DNA from: Candidatus Latescibacterota bacterium
Lineage (GTDB): Bacteria; Latescibacterota; UBA2968; GCA-2709665
Assembly (NCBI GenBank): GCA_965219995.1
Contig: CBDCOX010000002.1
Location: 3,520,001 to 3,584,000, forward strand
Length of the DNA: 64,000 nucleotides
Reading direction: 5' to 3'
Each line of letters begins with the position of its first letter. Position 1 is the stretch's first letter. This document shows, piece after piece, positions 48,926 to 58,984 of the stretch. Both the position numbers and the translations under genes were made by a program. The notes under the pieces were generated by a model. It saw nothing but the letters and a program-made list of their open reading frames with translations, searched no databases and was not told where the DNA came from.

Positions 48926-49972
48926 ATGCGACGATATATCCTTTTTGTAATGTTTGCCGTCGGCACGCTGCCAATTATGTGGCAGTATCCGGTCGCCCAG
49001 TCCGCCCGCGAAGCTGACTTCGACGCCAACGGAATCGTGGACTTCGGGGATTTCATTTTGTTCGCACAAGCGTTCGGGTCGAATCAATCCCATTTCGACC
49101 TCGACGGCAACAAGAGCGTGGATTTCGCGGATTTCATCCTCTTTGCCAAGCGCTTCGGGGAGGGTACGCCGGAAGAGGAGATTACGGTGACGCTACCGGG
49201 CGGGGCAAAGCTGGATATGGTCTGGATCCAGCCGGGACGCTTCCTGATGGGGTCGCCCGATACTGAGCTTGGCCGGGATGAGGACGAGAGTCCGCAGCAT
49301 GAAGTTACGATCACGAAGGGGTTCTACCTGGGGAAGTACGAAGTCAAGCAGGCGCAGTGGCAGAGCGTGATGAACACGCGTCCCTGGACTACATTTGACT
49401 CGCGGGAAGATCCCAGAAAGGCGAAATTTCCCGCTTATAATATGCGTTGGAGGGACGTCCATACGTTTCTCCTTAGGTTAAACGAAGCAGAAGGAGGGGA
49501 TATTTTTCGTTTGCCCACGGAGGCGGAGTGGGAATTTGCGTGCAGGGCTGGCACAACAACGCCATGGTCATTTGGTGTCGACTCCAGTCAGGTCGGCAGT
49601 TACGCGCGCTATTACGAGAACTCGCGCAGTGCAACTGTTCTGGAGAACGGGATTGTCTCGTACGGAAACCCGGAGCCCCAGGAAACAGGCGGCGTTTTTG
49701 CGAATCCGTGGGGTCTTTACGACATGCACGGAAACGTCTGGGAATGGGTGCAGGATGTCTACGGTCCGTATTCGGGAGAGCCGCTGACCGATCCCACAGG
49801 ACCTGATCAACCCACGCCCATGGAATTGGCCGGTTTCGCATTTCCTGGTGAATATATGGTTATCAAGGGCGGGGCGTACGTGGACGACGTCCTTGAAGTG
49901 CGGTCCGCTGTACGTACTAAGGGCTTGAGACGAAGTCGTACCGGATTTCGCGTGTTGATGGAGCGCCGATGA
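48926..49972 (+). CDS. EF-hand-tagged FGE-type lectin-fold protein (copy 5)
   Basis: Same architecture; start at MRRYILF by homology with copy 1 signal peptide. Confidence 0.88.
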   Translation: MRRYILFVMFAVGTLPIMWQYPVAQSAREADFDANGIVDFGDFILFAQAFGSNQSHFDLDGNKSVDFADFILFAKRFGEGTPEEEITVTLPGGAKLDMVWIQPGRFLMGSPDTELGRDEDESPQHEVTITKGFYLGKYEVKQAQWQSVMNTRPWTTFDSREDPRKAKFPAYNMRWRDVHTFLLRLNEAEGGDIFRLPTEAEWEFACRAGTTTPWSFGVDSSQVGSYARYYENSRSATVLENGIVSYGNPEPQETGGVFANPWGLYDMHGNVWEWVQDVYGPYSGEPLTDPTGPDQPTPMELAGFAFPGEYMVIKGGAYVDDVLEVRSAVRTKGLRRSRTGFRVLMERR

Positions 49973-50036
49973 AAACTCCGCAGAGGGATCAGCGGACATT
50001 CAATAGCCGTTTTTCAGGGGGCGACGTCCTGGAGCA

Positions 50037-53000
50037 TTGTGCTTCAGGATGCTTTCTTCGTATGCTGCCGCCGGGATAGGACAAATGGACGAATCGAAGA
50101 CCACAATCAACAGGAAGACCGCCCGGATGGCTCCCGGTTCCGGTCTGGTGCTTGTGACGGTATTGCTTGTCGCAACGCTCTTCTGCCCTCGGCCCTCCTC
50201 GTCAGCGGAGACCCGCCCGGTGATGTCCCTCGACGGTCGGATGCGCGCCTGGGCCGTGGAACGCGGCGAACGGAGGGCGTTGCTGACGGAAATATGGCTT
50301 GACCGTGGTGACGGCGAACGTCCCCGTCGGCAAAGAACCTATCCCGGCGCGGCGGGATCTCTGGAATTCCTGCCGGATAGAAGCGCGCTGGTCTATCTCG
50401 AACGGAGCCTCAGATATCCCGCCTTCGCATCGTACCTCGCGGGCGGCCGCACCCTGCCGATAGCGAAAAATCGGATCTGGGAATTAGCGATTGACGGTTC
50501 GGACGAGTCCCGCTGGCCGCTTCCTCCCGAACTCAATCCATTGGACGTTGCCGTCTCGCCTGACGGTAGTCTTCTCGCCGTGCGAGGCGAGTGGGACGGC
50601 TCGGTGGACTGGGGTCAGCCGGGGCTCTGGAGGGTCGACCGGGCGGGACAGGCCACGCAACTCTGGAACGGCGGAACAACCGGCAACCTGCGGTGGTCTC
50701 GTGACGGAGCGAATGTCTACTTCGTCGCGAGCGATACGACGTCTGAAGAAATGAAATTCGTACACGTGGTGACCGGCCTGGTGGACAAGGATACCGTCTC
50801 CAAAGCCGACATCATTAGAGCCGTCCCCGGGTTACCGGAGACGGATTTCGACAACGCGTTGTCTTCCGGCGAACAGGTTTCGCTGCAGCGGGCGCTGGGC
50901 GCGCTTCAAGGAGGATTAATTCGATACAGCCGGATGAACTCAGCCTCGCATCGGGCGGACCGGCACAGGGAAAAGGACGCGCGAAAAGCTGTCGAGCGGA
51001 TGTTCGAGGCTCTCCACAAGCGCCACAAGAAACTCGGCATCTCCAGGGCAAGCTGCCTTGCGTACGTGGCGGCGCTGCGCGAACAGCAACTTCGACCGAA
51101 GACTGCCTCAAATGAACGTGTCTGCATGGAACACATGCTTGTCTTGAACGACCTGGCGCGCCGCTTCGCGGAAGCCCACGAAGCGTTTCCCGGCGACCAC
51201 AGCACCCTGCATGAGTGGGTACGGCGAGAATTCGAAATGCAGGCCTCCAGCGACGCGGAGCGGCAGAGAGACGCGGAAGTCCTCGACATTCTCTTCTCTT
51301 GTCCTGCGATTCCCGAATCGGACCCGCAGGTCAAGTATCTCTACAGACACCGGGCCGCGCCCGGCATGCCGGTCCTGGCCTGTTTCTGGCACCGGGACCG
51401 GTATCTTCACCTGACGGAAACGGCCGGCGGCCGGCGGCTTGAAGCCGTGGACATGCGTTCCGATACGGTCGACTCTCTCTTCGCCGTCGTGCTGGAGCAC
51501 ACCCGCGAGGACCGGCTCAAGGAGGCGGCGGCCCTTTTCCGGCTTGTTGCCGTCCAGCGGCCGAAGGATGCGCCCCTCCACATTGAACTGGGACATGCGT
51601 ACCACAAGGCGGAAGACTACGAGCGTGCGATGTGGGCCTTCAAGAAAGCCATCTCGCTACAGGGCGGCGCCAGGGCGTATTACGGGGTGGGCCTGGTGTA
51701 TGGGGAGCTACCAAAGGAACGCAACCTGGCCATCCACTATTTCCAGGAGGCGCTCGCCCGGCACCACGGGTACGTGGACGCCAGATATCAGATCGCCAGA
51801 ATGCGATACCTGATGAATGAATACGACGTGGGTCGCGCGGTCGACCGGGTGCTGGCGCTCGACCCGAACTACGCGGACGCATTCCGCCTGATGGGCAATT
51901 GGTACGCCGACTTCTGGAAGGACTACGAACAGGCCATCATCTGGTACACCCGCTACATGGCGCTGAGACCCGGCGATTCCAGCCTTCGCAGCCGGCTGGG
52001 CGTTGCCTACCTGATGATCGAAGACTATGAAAGGATCATGGACAAGCTGCTCGGTTTCGTCCGGCAGAATCCCAATGCGATTGAACTGATGCCCATCGTG
52101 GCCCAGGCGTCCATGAAGCAGGGAAAGCCGGACATGGCGATGGAGTTCTTTCAGGACTACGTTTCGAAACTCCCCGCCGAAGAGAGGATATTGTACGAAG
52201 ATATCCGGCTTGTTTCGTCGTCCGAGGAAATTGATGAGTATAAAGATACTCCCGAGTCCGAGCGCACAGCGTACCTGAAACGGTTCTGGAACGACCGCGA
52301 TCCGGACCTGTCCACGCCAGTAAACGAACGACTTCTGGAACACTACCGGCGCGTCTGGCACGCGCTCACGGAGTTCTCGGAGAACAAGCAGCCGTGGGAC
52401 GTCAGAGGCGAGGTCTATATCCGTTTCGGAGAACCGGACCACCGTTCCAGATCGGATCAACCCAACTACCGGCAGAGCCTCGCGGTCCAGCGGGTCAAGG
52501 AACGCTTGGCCGCGGGCATCTACGGCGCCGACGCGATGGAGGCGACGTTTATGGGGCCCGTCTTTCCCATACGCGGCAAGCGTCGGCTGGAAGGATCCTG
52601 GTACGAGTTTCGAGACGTCGAGACAGAAGGCACATCAGCGATGGGCGCTGGCGGGGAGGGAGGTAGTAGCAATGTGGGTGGTGAACAGGCTACCGCAAGC
52701 GGAGCAGGCGTAACGTCACTCCAACGTCCGGACGACGATACGTTGCGGATAGGCATCCTGCCCGTCAACAAACGACTGGGATTCGGCAACTATCAACCGG
52801 TTACCTCCGGCGAAGACATGAGCACCATCCCGTGGGAAACGTGGATCTACACGGACGTGGGCGGCGGCATTGAAATCACGTTTACGGACGAATTCGGCGC
52901 CGGAACGTACGAATACGCCCCCATGCCGCCCAACCGGGGGGACATAGAGCTCCGGCAGACCGCAAAATTGAGAACTCACTCTCCAAGAGAGGTCTACAAG

Positions 53001-53864
53001 AGAGCCGCCCGGGTCGCGCCGAATTACTATGCGCCCCAAGAGGAAGCGGCGCCGCTGGATTTCCACTACTCGCTGGCTGACTTCAAGGGCGAGGATGATC
53101 GCAGCCTCCTGGAAATCTACTACGGCGTCCCCATCCTCCCTGCCCACTACAATTCGGAAGAGGACGTCACACGGCAGGTGCTGACGCACCACGCAGCGCT
53201 GATTTCATCGTCGCTGGACACGGTCTACCGGCAATCGGACGGGATGACGTATGAAGCCGCCGGCAACTTGGCCGGAGAGGGTATCCAGGTCCCCGGTGTG
53301 CTGAAGCTGAACCTGCCGCCAGGTGCCTACCGGCTGGAGGTGAGGTCGCAGGACCGGCTCAGGGGCCGCGCGGGCGCCTATCGACAGCACGTTGTCGTGG
53401 AGCCGTACGGCGACGATCGGCTGCAGATGAGCGACCTGGAACTGGCCTGGCGGGTCGTCCGTGACGTAGGTGACGTCAGGTTTAGGAAGGGCGATCTGTA
53501 CGTCGTGCCGATGCCATCCCGAACCTATAGAAAGGGACAGAGCGTCTTCGTCTACTACGAAATCTATAACCTGGCGAAGGACGGGTTCGGGCAGACGGAT
53601 TATAATGTTTCATATACGATCACGTCCGCGGCCGCACCCGTCACAATGAGCAACATCTCGCGCCTGTTCCGGTGGAAGACCGGCAAGAGAGAAGAACTGG
53701 CCGTCACGTACGAACAGCAGGGGGAGACCGCGCAGGAAGTGGAATACGTCGAATTGGACCTCGCCGAGCAGGTCCCGGGTCGATATACGCTGAAGGTAAC
53801 GATCCACGACAGGAACAGCGGCGCGTCGGCGGAGAAAGACGCGATCTTCGTCATCGCGCGATAG
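50037..53864 (+). CDS. Large TolB-like propeller + TPR + GWxTD-family protein (paralog 2)
   Basis: Hydrophobic N-terminal segment; SPDG/WSRDG repeats; TPRs; FW..RDPD.ST.VNER..EHYRRV; PWDVRGEVYIRFGEPD; VFVYYEIYNL..D.FG; start uncertain. Confidence 0.82.
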   Translation: MCFRMLSSYAAAGIGQMDESKTTINRKTARMAPGSGLVLVTVLLVATLFCPRPSSSAETRPVMSLDGRMRAWAVERGERRALLTEIWLDRGDGERPRRQRTYPGAAGSLEFLPDRSALVYLERSLRYPAFASYLAGGRTLPIAKNRIWELAIDGSDESRWPLPPELNPLDVAVSPDGSLLAVRGEWDGSVDWGQPGLWRVDRAGQATQLWNGGTTGNLRWSRDGANVYFVASDTTSEEMKFVHVVTGLVDKDTVSKADIIRAVPGLPETDFDNALSSGEQVSLQRALGALQGGLIRYSRMNSASHRADRHREKDARKAVERMFEALHKRHKKLGISRASCLAYVAALREQQLRPKTASNERVCMEHMLVLNDLARRFAEAHEAFPGDHSTLHEWVRREFEMQASSDAERQRDAEVLDILFSCPAIPESDPQVKYLYRHRAAPGMPVLACFWHRDRYLHLTETAGGRRLEAVDMRSDTVDSLFAVVLEHTREDRLKEAAALFRLVAVQRPKDAPLHIELGHAYHKAEDYERAMWAFKKAISLQGGARAYYGVGLVYGELPKERNLAIHYFQEALARHHGYVDARYQIARMRYLMNEYDVGRAVDRVLALDPNYADAFRLMGNWYADFWKDYEQAIIWYTRYMALRPGDSSLRSRLGVAYLMIEDYERIMDKLLGFVRQNPNAIELMPIVAQASMKQGKPDMAMEFFQDYVSKLPAEERILYEDIRLVSSSEEIDEYKDTPESERTAYLKRFWNDRDPDLSTPVNERLLEHYRRVWHALTEFSENKQPWDVRGEVYIRFGEPDHRSRSDQPNYRQSLAVQRVKERLAAGIYGADAMEATFMGPVFPIRGKRRLEGSWYEFRDVETEGTSAMGAGGEGGSSNVGGEQATASGAGVTSLQRPDDDTLRIGILPVNKRLGFGNYQPVTSGEDMSTIPWETWIYTDVGGGIEITFTDEFGAGTYEYAPMPPNRGDIELRQTAKLRTHSPREVYKRAARVAPNYYAPQEEAAPLDFHYSLADFKGEDDRSLLEIYYGVPILPAHYNSEEDVTRQVLTHHAALISSSLDTVYRQSDGMTYEAAGNLAGEGIQVPGVLKLNLPPGAYRLEVRSQDRLRGRAGAYRQHVVVEPYGDDRLQMSDLELAWRVVRDVGDVRFRKGDLYVVPMPSRTYRKGQSVFVYYEIYNLAKDGFGQTDYNVSYTITSAAAPVTMSNISRLFRWKTGKREELAVTYEQQGETAQEVEYVELDLAEQVPGRYTLKVTIHDRNSGASAEKDAIFVIAR

Positions 53865-53878
53865 GATCGGAGGATAAA

Positions 53879-55006
53879 GTGGCGCCGTGGGAACGAATCG
53901 GCATGTCCGTGCAGAGTATTTCGGCGTTCGTCATATTGTCGGGTCTGACGGGCTGCGGCGGCGATGCGCCTACCGGTGTTGATCCAAACAACGGCCCGCA
54001 GGGCATTGAAGTTGCAGGACACATGACGGACAAGCGGCACGACCATTATTCGATTCTGTTGCAGGACGGAAGGGTACTCATCGGTGGAGGCGCCGCGACG
54101 GGTGGGTCCGATGCCTATGCGACGTTTCATAGTAGTGCGGAGATTTTCGATCCAGAAACCGGATCCTCCAGAGCAACCGGCAGCATGTCGACCCCACGAA
54201 TGGGTGACAAAGGGACATTGCTGCCTGACGGTCGGGTTGCATTTGCAAGCGCAACTCAGCATACGCGTTCAAAGACTTACCCGGTGGAAATATTCGATCC
54301 GCGAACCGGCGAATTTACGCCCATTCAATTTAATCCCGCATTCGAAAAAATCGCCAGGTCTACGTTACTTTCAACTGGAAAAATCCTTGCATTCGGTCGA
54401 TCCGGCACGATCTGGACTATAGATCCGGAAACCGGCGAGTTTGAATTCAGGAACAGGCTTGCGGTCCCTCGCGGGGCCTACACGGCGACAGTGCTGCGGG
54501 ATGGGCGGGCCTTGATTACCGGTGGGATCACCGATCGTGCGGTTAGAGATTCTGAAATCTACGACCCGTCGTCCAATATCATTACGAAGGTTGGGGATCT
54601 GACGCACGAGCGGTACGGACACACGGCGCTGCTGCTTCCGGACGGCAGCGTGTTCATTGCAGGCGGCAGAATAGGCGATCCGGCTTCTCCGACGCAGGTG
54701 ACGGTCGCAGAGCGTTACGACCCTTCCACCGGGACGTTTTCGAGGGCTGGCAGTCCCGGAAACGAGCAGATTCGAGCTGCCGCCGTGTTAAACACAGGGA
54801 AAGTGTTTCTCATCCTCCGCAGCGGCGACGTGGTACTCTACGACCCGGATAACGGGACATTTCATCCCGCAGGCGACAGTATCGGGCGAGACTACAAGCT
54901 GTACACGGTGACGGTGCTTCACGACGGGCGTGTACTGGTTATTGGCGGATCAAGAAACGGAGATACGACGGATCAGATCCTGGCATACCGCCCTCAGCCG
55001 TTATAG
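53879..55006 (+). CDS. Kelch/galactose-oxidase-type repeat lipoprotein
   Basis: GGAGGA RBS before GTG; lipobox LTGC; repeats R..H...LL.DGRVLI.GG...AEI(F/Y)DP.TG. Confidence 0.82.
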   Translation: MAPWERIGMSVQSISAFVILSGLTGCGGDAPTGVDPNNGPQGIEVAGHMTDKRHDHYSILLQDGRVLIGGGAATGGSDAYATFHSSAEIFDPETGSSRATGSMSTPRMGDKGTLLPDGRVAFASATQHTRSKTYPVEIFDPRTGEFTPIQFNPAFEKIARSTLLSTGKILAFGRSGTIWTIDPETGEFEFRNRLAVPRGAYTATVLRDGRALITGGITDRAVRDSEIYDPSSNIITKVGDLTHERYGHTALLLPDGSVFIAGGRIGDPASPTQVTVAERYDPSTGTFSRAGSPGNEQIRAAAVLNTGKVFLILRSGDVVLYDPDNGTFHPAGDSIGRDYKLYTVTVLHDGRVLVIGGSRNGDTTDQILAYRPQPL

Positions 55007-55131
55007 CGGTAATGGGTTCATTCGGCTTTTCGTCCTGATGGGATCGGTGTTGGAACATCCGTAATGAAGGTCCGGAAGATGCCGCGACGTTTCGGCAACC
55101 CTGAGAACTTTACTTGGAAAATGAGACGCTG

Positions 55132-58100
55132 ATGATTCTACGGTCCGTACATATCGTGTTATTTCTGACGCTCGGCCTTTCCGACTCCTTCTCAGAACAG
55201 ACCTTCGCGGTCGATTCAAGTGGTGGGAAGAAAGCCTGGACGGTCAGTTGGTCGGAAGGACCGGTGAGTCTGACCGAAGTGTGGATTGAGGCCGCACAGG
55301 GCCCACGCCGGCTGGGAGTGTTTCCTGGCAAGTCAAATGGTATCGAGTGGTACGGGAGCGGAGACGGCCTCCTTTATCGTGACCGGCCTCTCGAAACAAA
55401 GCTGATCGGTATTCCTCCGGTAGAACGAAGGAGATCGGCGCTGGTCCTTTCACGAACGTGGGAAATCCCGATTGGCTCAGGGGCCGTCAGAAGTGTCCCG
55501 CGTGACGGATCCAACCCTTCATCCGCCGAAAGAGAAAGCCTCGACGCCGCCGAAGGCGCCGGATCCCCGTCGCAGGAAATAAAGGCTGCGCTGCAGGGTC
55601 TCGGAGCGGGTTTTCAGGCTGCCGCGCTGGCCTACACCGCTCTCCATCAATGGGATTTCGATGACGCCTCAAAAAAATACCGCCGGGCGGCGTCGACATT
55701 CGCGGCTCTGCCTGGGGAGTTCCGGCACATCGGGCTTTTTCATGGGCCGATTGCAGCATACGTGCGCAGACTTGAAGAGATGGCGACAGAAGCGCGGAAA
55801 GATGGTGCACGTTGGGTATGTCGAGAGCACCTGCAGATCATCGCGGACCTGCTCGATGCCTATGCTCTGGAACATGACCGGCGTCGACCGGAGGACCTCC
55901 CGGCCCTCAAATCCTGGGCGGAAGCCCGAGTCTCCTCGAAGGAAAACGCATCGATCCTGAATGACCTGTTTCGCTCACCGGAAGACCCCGAATCCGGTCG
56001 CGAATTCAGCTATTTCTATCGTGCCGAGGCAACGACGGGCGAGGCGGTATTGACCAGCTATTTCTACAAGGGACGGCTGGTGGAGCTTGTTCACGATCCT
56101 GATGGTGACCGGATACAGGATCGATCCATCGGCCGCGCCCAGATCGACTCCCTGCTTGCCGTAGGGGTGGAACTGCTGGAGGCCGGGAATCCGCACGCGC
56201 CTCAAGCGCTGGAAATGGTAACTCGTGTGGCTCCCCGTTTCCCTTTGGGACACGCAAAAGCGGGTTACGCGTATCTCGAATCGAGGCAGATGGGCAAAGC
56301 GCTGGCATCGTTCGAACGGACGATCAAGTTGGATCACAGACTGGCGGAAGCTTACAACGGCCTCGGCCTGGTATTTCAGGAGCGTCCGAAGGCGCGGCAT
56401 GATGCAATTCGGTATTTCCAGAAGGCGCTGCAGTACGACCGGGACTACGTCGAGGCGCGCTTCAATATTGCGAAAGTCAGGTATGCGTTAAAGGAGTACG
56501 ACGTCAAAGGCGACTGCGAGAAGCTCCTGGAAATGGATCCGACGTTCGCGCCCGCCCATCTGCTTCTGGGAGAATGGTACGAGACGTTTCACAAAGACTA
56601 TGAGAGTGCGGCGCTCCACTATGCCCAGTACATGTCTCTGCGACCTGACGATCCGAAAGGGCGGAGCCGCCTGGCAGCCGTATATCTTAAATCCCAAGAA
56701 TATTCCCGGATTGTCGAACTCCTGGAGGGGTACGCCCGCCAACACCCCGGGGACACGGAAATCCTGCCGATATTGGCTCAGGCCTGTCTGAAACTGGATG
56801 CCGTTGATCAGGCCGATACCTATTTCAAACGGTACCTGGAGCGTATTGACGCGGAGGAACGTGCGCTGTTCGGCGACATCAGCCTCGCGGCGTCGGAAGT
56901 CGAGATGGCGGCTTTTGAAGCGACGCCCGAAGCGTTGAAGGGCACGTTTCTGCGAAGGTTCTGGACAGAAAGGGATCCGGATCTGACGACGGCCGCAAAT
57001 GAGCGCCAACTGGAGCATTATCGGCGGGTGTGGTATGCGCGCCGCAACTCTTCAGCAGGACGCCAACCCTGGGACCGCCGCGGGGACGTATATGTCCGGT
57101 TTGGAGAGCCGGACTACCGGTCCCGGTCAGATATGATGAACGTGGATCAGAGCCTCGCCGTCCAGCGGGTCAAGGAACGTCTTGCCCGCGCGATCTACGG
57201 CACCTCGGTACCTGCGAAATACTTTCTCAAACCCGCAGAGGATGCGAAGGGAATTCGACATATAGCCGGAGATTACAAGCTTAATGCGTCTCCTTTCGAG
57301 TCCATTTATCCCGGCCCGGTCTATCCCGTACAAAGCCTGCGGCAGTCTTTGGGCGAAGGCCCCGAATTCAGCGCGAAACTCGCGAACAATCCTGAGAGTA
57401 ACGCCCTCGCCAGCGACGCACTTCCTCCCACGAACTACAGACCGGTCTCCAGCGAGGAAGATGCGTCTATGGTCGCCTGGGAGACCTGGGTCTACGTCAA
57501 TGTCGGCGGCGGAATCGAAATCACGTTTACGGATGAATTCCAAAACGGGATCTACGACTATGCGCCTTCTCCTTCGGATTCCCGGATTCCCGTCCGACAG
57601 CAGGCAAGCCTGAATCGTTACAATCCGAGGACCGTCACCGCCCAGGCCACGAGTGCGACGCCCAACTATTACAGAATCGAACCCAATGAAGACCCATTCA
57701 CCTTCTATTACGATCTGGCGGATTTCCGGGAAGGCGAGGGAACATCCCTGGAAGTCTATTTTGGCGTACCGCACGTTTCAGGCCACTTTGCGAAGGACAG
57801 GAACGAGACCCGAATTGAAGTCGAACGGACGATCGCGTTAATGAACAAGGAAACAGGCGCGATTCTTCGGCGGGTGGGGCAGGTTACTTTCCGGGACAAG
57901 GGCGACCTGACCGGCAGAAGCGATGGCTTTGTTCCTGATATGGTTCGCCTCGGCCTACCCGCGGGGCGATATCTGATGGAGGTTGGAGTCAAGGACAGAG
58001 CGTCGCGCCGCCGAGGAAGGTATCGACAGGACATCGTCGTCGAGTCTTACCGTGGAGAAGCCTTGAGGATTAGTGATCTCCAGATTGCGTGGCAGATTGC

Positions 58101-58506
58101 AACCGATCCCGCGGAATCCGGATTCCGCAAAGGCGACCTGCGTGTGATTCCCATGCCAACGAGGAGTTTTGGGACAGGCCAGAGCGTCTTCCTGTATTAC
58201 GAGATCTATAATCTGACCAGGGACGATTTCGGGCAGACCCGTTACGAAGTATCCTATACAATCACGTCAAAGGACACGCCTGGAATCACCGGGTTGATTT
58301 CGAGTCTGTTTGGTTGGCGGTCGGGCAAAAGAGAGGAACTTGCCGTGACATACGAACAACTGGGTAATGCCGACGAGGAATCGGAATACGTGGAACTGGC
58401 CCTGGACAACCAAGCTCCTGGACATTACGTCTTGACGGTAACCGTCCGAGACATCAACAGCGGCGAAACCGCCGGGAAGGACGCCGGGTTTGTCATCGCG
58501 GAATAG
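55132..58506 (+). CDS. TPR + GWxTD-family protein (paralog 3, closest to paralog 2)
   Basis: Signal-like N-terminus; TPRs; PWDRRGDVYVRFGEPD; QSLAVQRVKERLA and WETW.Y..VGGGIEITFTDEF shared with paralog 2. Confidence 0.85.
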   Translation: MILRSVHIVLFLTLGLSDSFSEQTFAVDSSGGKKAWTVSWSEGPVSLTEVWIEAAQGPRRLGVFPGKSNGIEWYGSGDGLLYRDRPLETKLIGIPPVERRRSALVLSRTWEIPIGSGAVRSVPRDGSNPSSAERESLDAAEGAGSPSQEIKAALQGLGAGFQAAALAYTALHQWDFDDASKKYRRAASTFAALPGEFRHIGLFHGPIAAYVRRLEEMATEARKDGARWVCREHLQIIADLLDAYALEHDRRRPEDLPALKSWAEARVSSKENASILNDLFRSPEDPESGREFSYFYRAEATTGEAVLTSYFYKGRLVELVHDPDGDRIQDRSIGRAQIDSLLAVGVELLEAGNPHAPQALEMVTRVAPRFPLGHAKAGYAYLESRQMGKALASFERTIKLDHRLAEAYNGLGLVFQERPKARHDAIRYFQKALQYDRDYVEARFNIAKVRYALKEYDVKGDCEKLLEMDPTFAPAHLLLGEWYETFHKDYESAALHYAQYMSLRPDDPKGRSRLAAVYLKSQEYSRIVELLEGYARQHPGDTEILPILAQACLKLDAVDQADTYFKRYLERIDAEERALFGDISLAASEVEMAAFEATPEALKGTFLRRFWTERDPDLTTAANERQLEHYRRVWYARRNSSAGRQPWDRRGDVYVRFGEPDYRSRSDMMNVDQSLAVQRVKERLARAIYGTSVPAKYFLKPAEDAKGIRHIAGDYKLNASPFESIYPGPVYPVQSLRQSLGEGPEFSAKLANNPESNALASDALPPTNYRPVSSEEDASMVAWETWVYVNVGGGIEITFTDEFQNGIYDYAPSPSDSRIPVRQQASLNRYNPRTVTAQATSATPNYYRIEPNEDPFTFYYDLADFREGEGTSLEVYFGVPHVSGHFAKDRNETRIEVERTIALMNKETGAILRRVGQVTFRDKGDLTGRSDGFVPDMVRLGLPAGRYLMEVGVKDRASRRRGRYRQDIVVESYRGEALRISDLQIAWQIATDPAESGFRKGDLRVIPMPTRSFGTGQSVFLYYEIYNLTRDDFGQTRYEVSYTITSKDTPGITGLISSLFGWRSGKREELAVTYEQLGNADEESEYVELALDNQAPGHYVLTVTVRDINSGETAGKDAGFVIAE

Positions 58507-58587
58507 GATTGTCAGCGTTAAGTGAGGGTTGGATTGAAATGTCGTTTTGATCGGCCTAATACGAGTAGAAAAAGCCACAAAACGATA

Positions 58588-58656
58588 CCCTGAGCCTGTT
58601 CATGGGTACCGAAGGCGGGCATTTCGACAAGCTTACTTCGGCAAGCTCAGCACAGG
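58588..58656. repeat. REP-like remnants (CCCTGAGC / TTCGACAAGCT / TTCGGCAAGCTCAG)
   Basis: Same short units as family 2 elements. Confidence 0.55.
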
Positions 58657-58984
58657 CAATGACCACGCGCAGAAATGCTCACATCGGCATGCTCAGGTGT
58701 TCAGGACCCCCCACCGGCGTGGCTGCGGGTAATGCGTTGTTCCGTGTAATTCAGTCGAACTGAAACGGCGCATACTCCGGTTACCCAGAATTCATTGTCC
58801 AGGCCTGAAACGAGTCCGGAAGAAGCGGTGTCCGGACTTTTTTTGAACCTATGGCGCCTGGCCTGTGTCTTTCAGGAGGGACGGGCGTGGCGGATGAAAG
58901 AGCCCGTGGGGACTCCGGTGCGCAGGTCCTATTTTTTCCGCGATTCTGAAATTGGTGTTCTCCTTCTTTCGAAAGGGCGGATTT

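Noticed and set aside
43864-49972. Sulfatase-maturing formylglycine-generating enzymes serving the sulfatase at 12162
   Set aside because: The catalytic Cys pair after RGG is absent in all five and they carry export signals
43864-49972. Complete diversity-generating retroelement
   Set aside because: No reverse transcriptase, accessory gene or adenine-rich template repeat seen in the window; paralog differences include indels and synonymous changes
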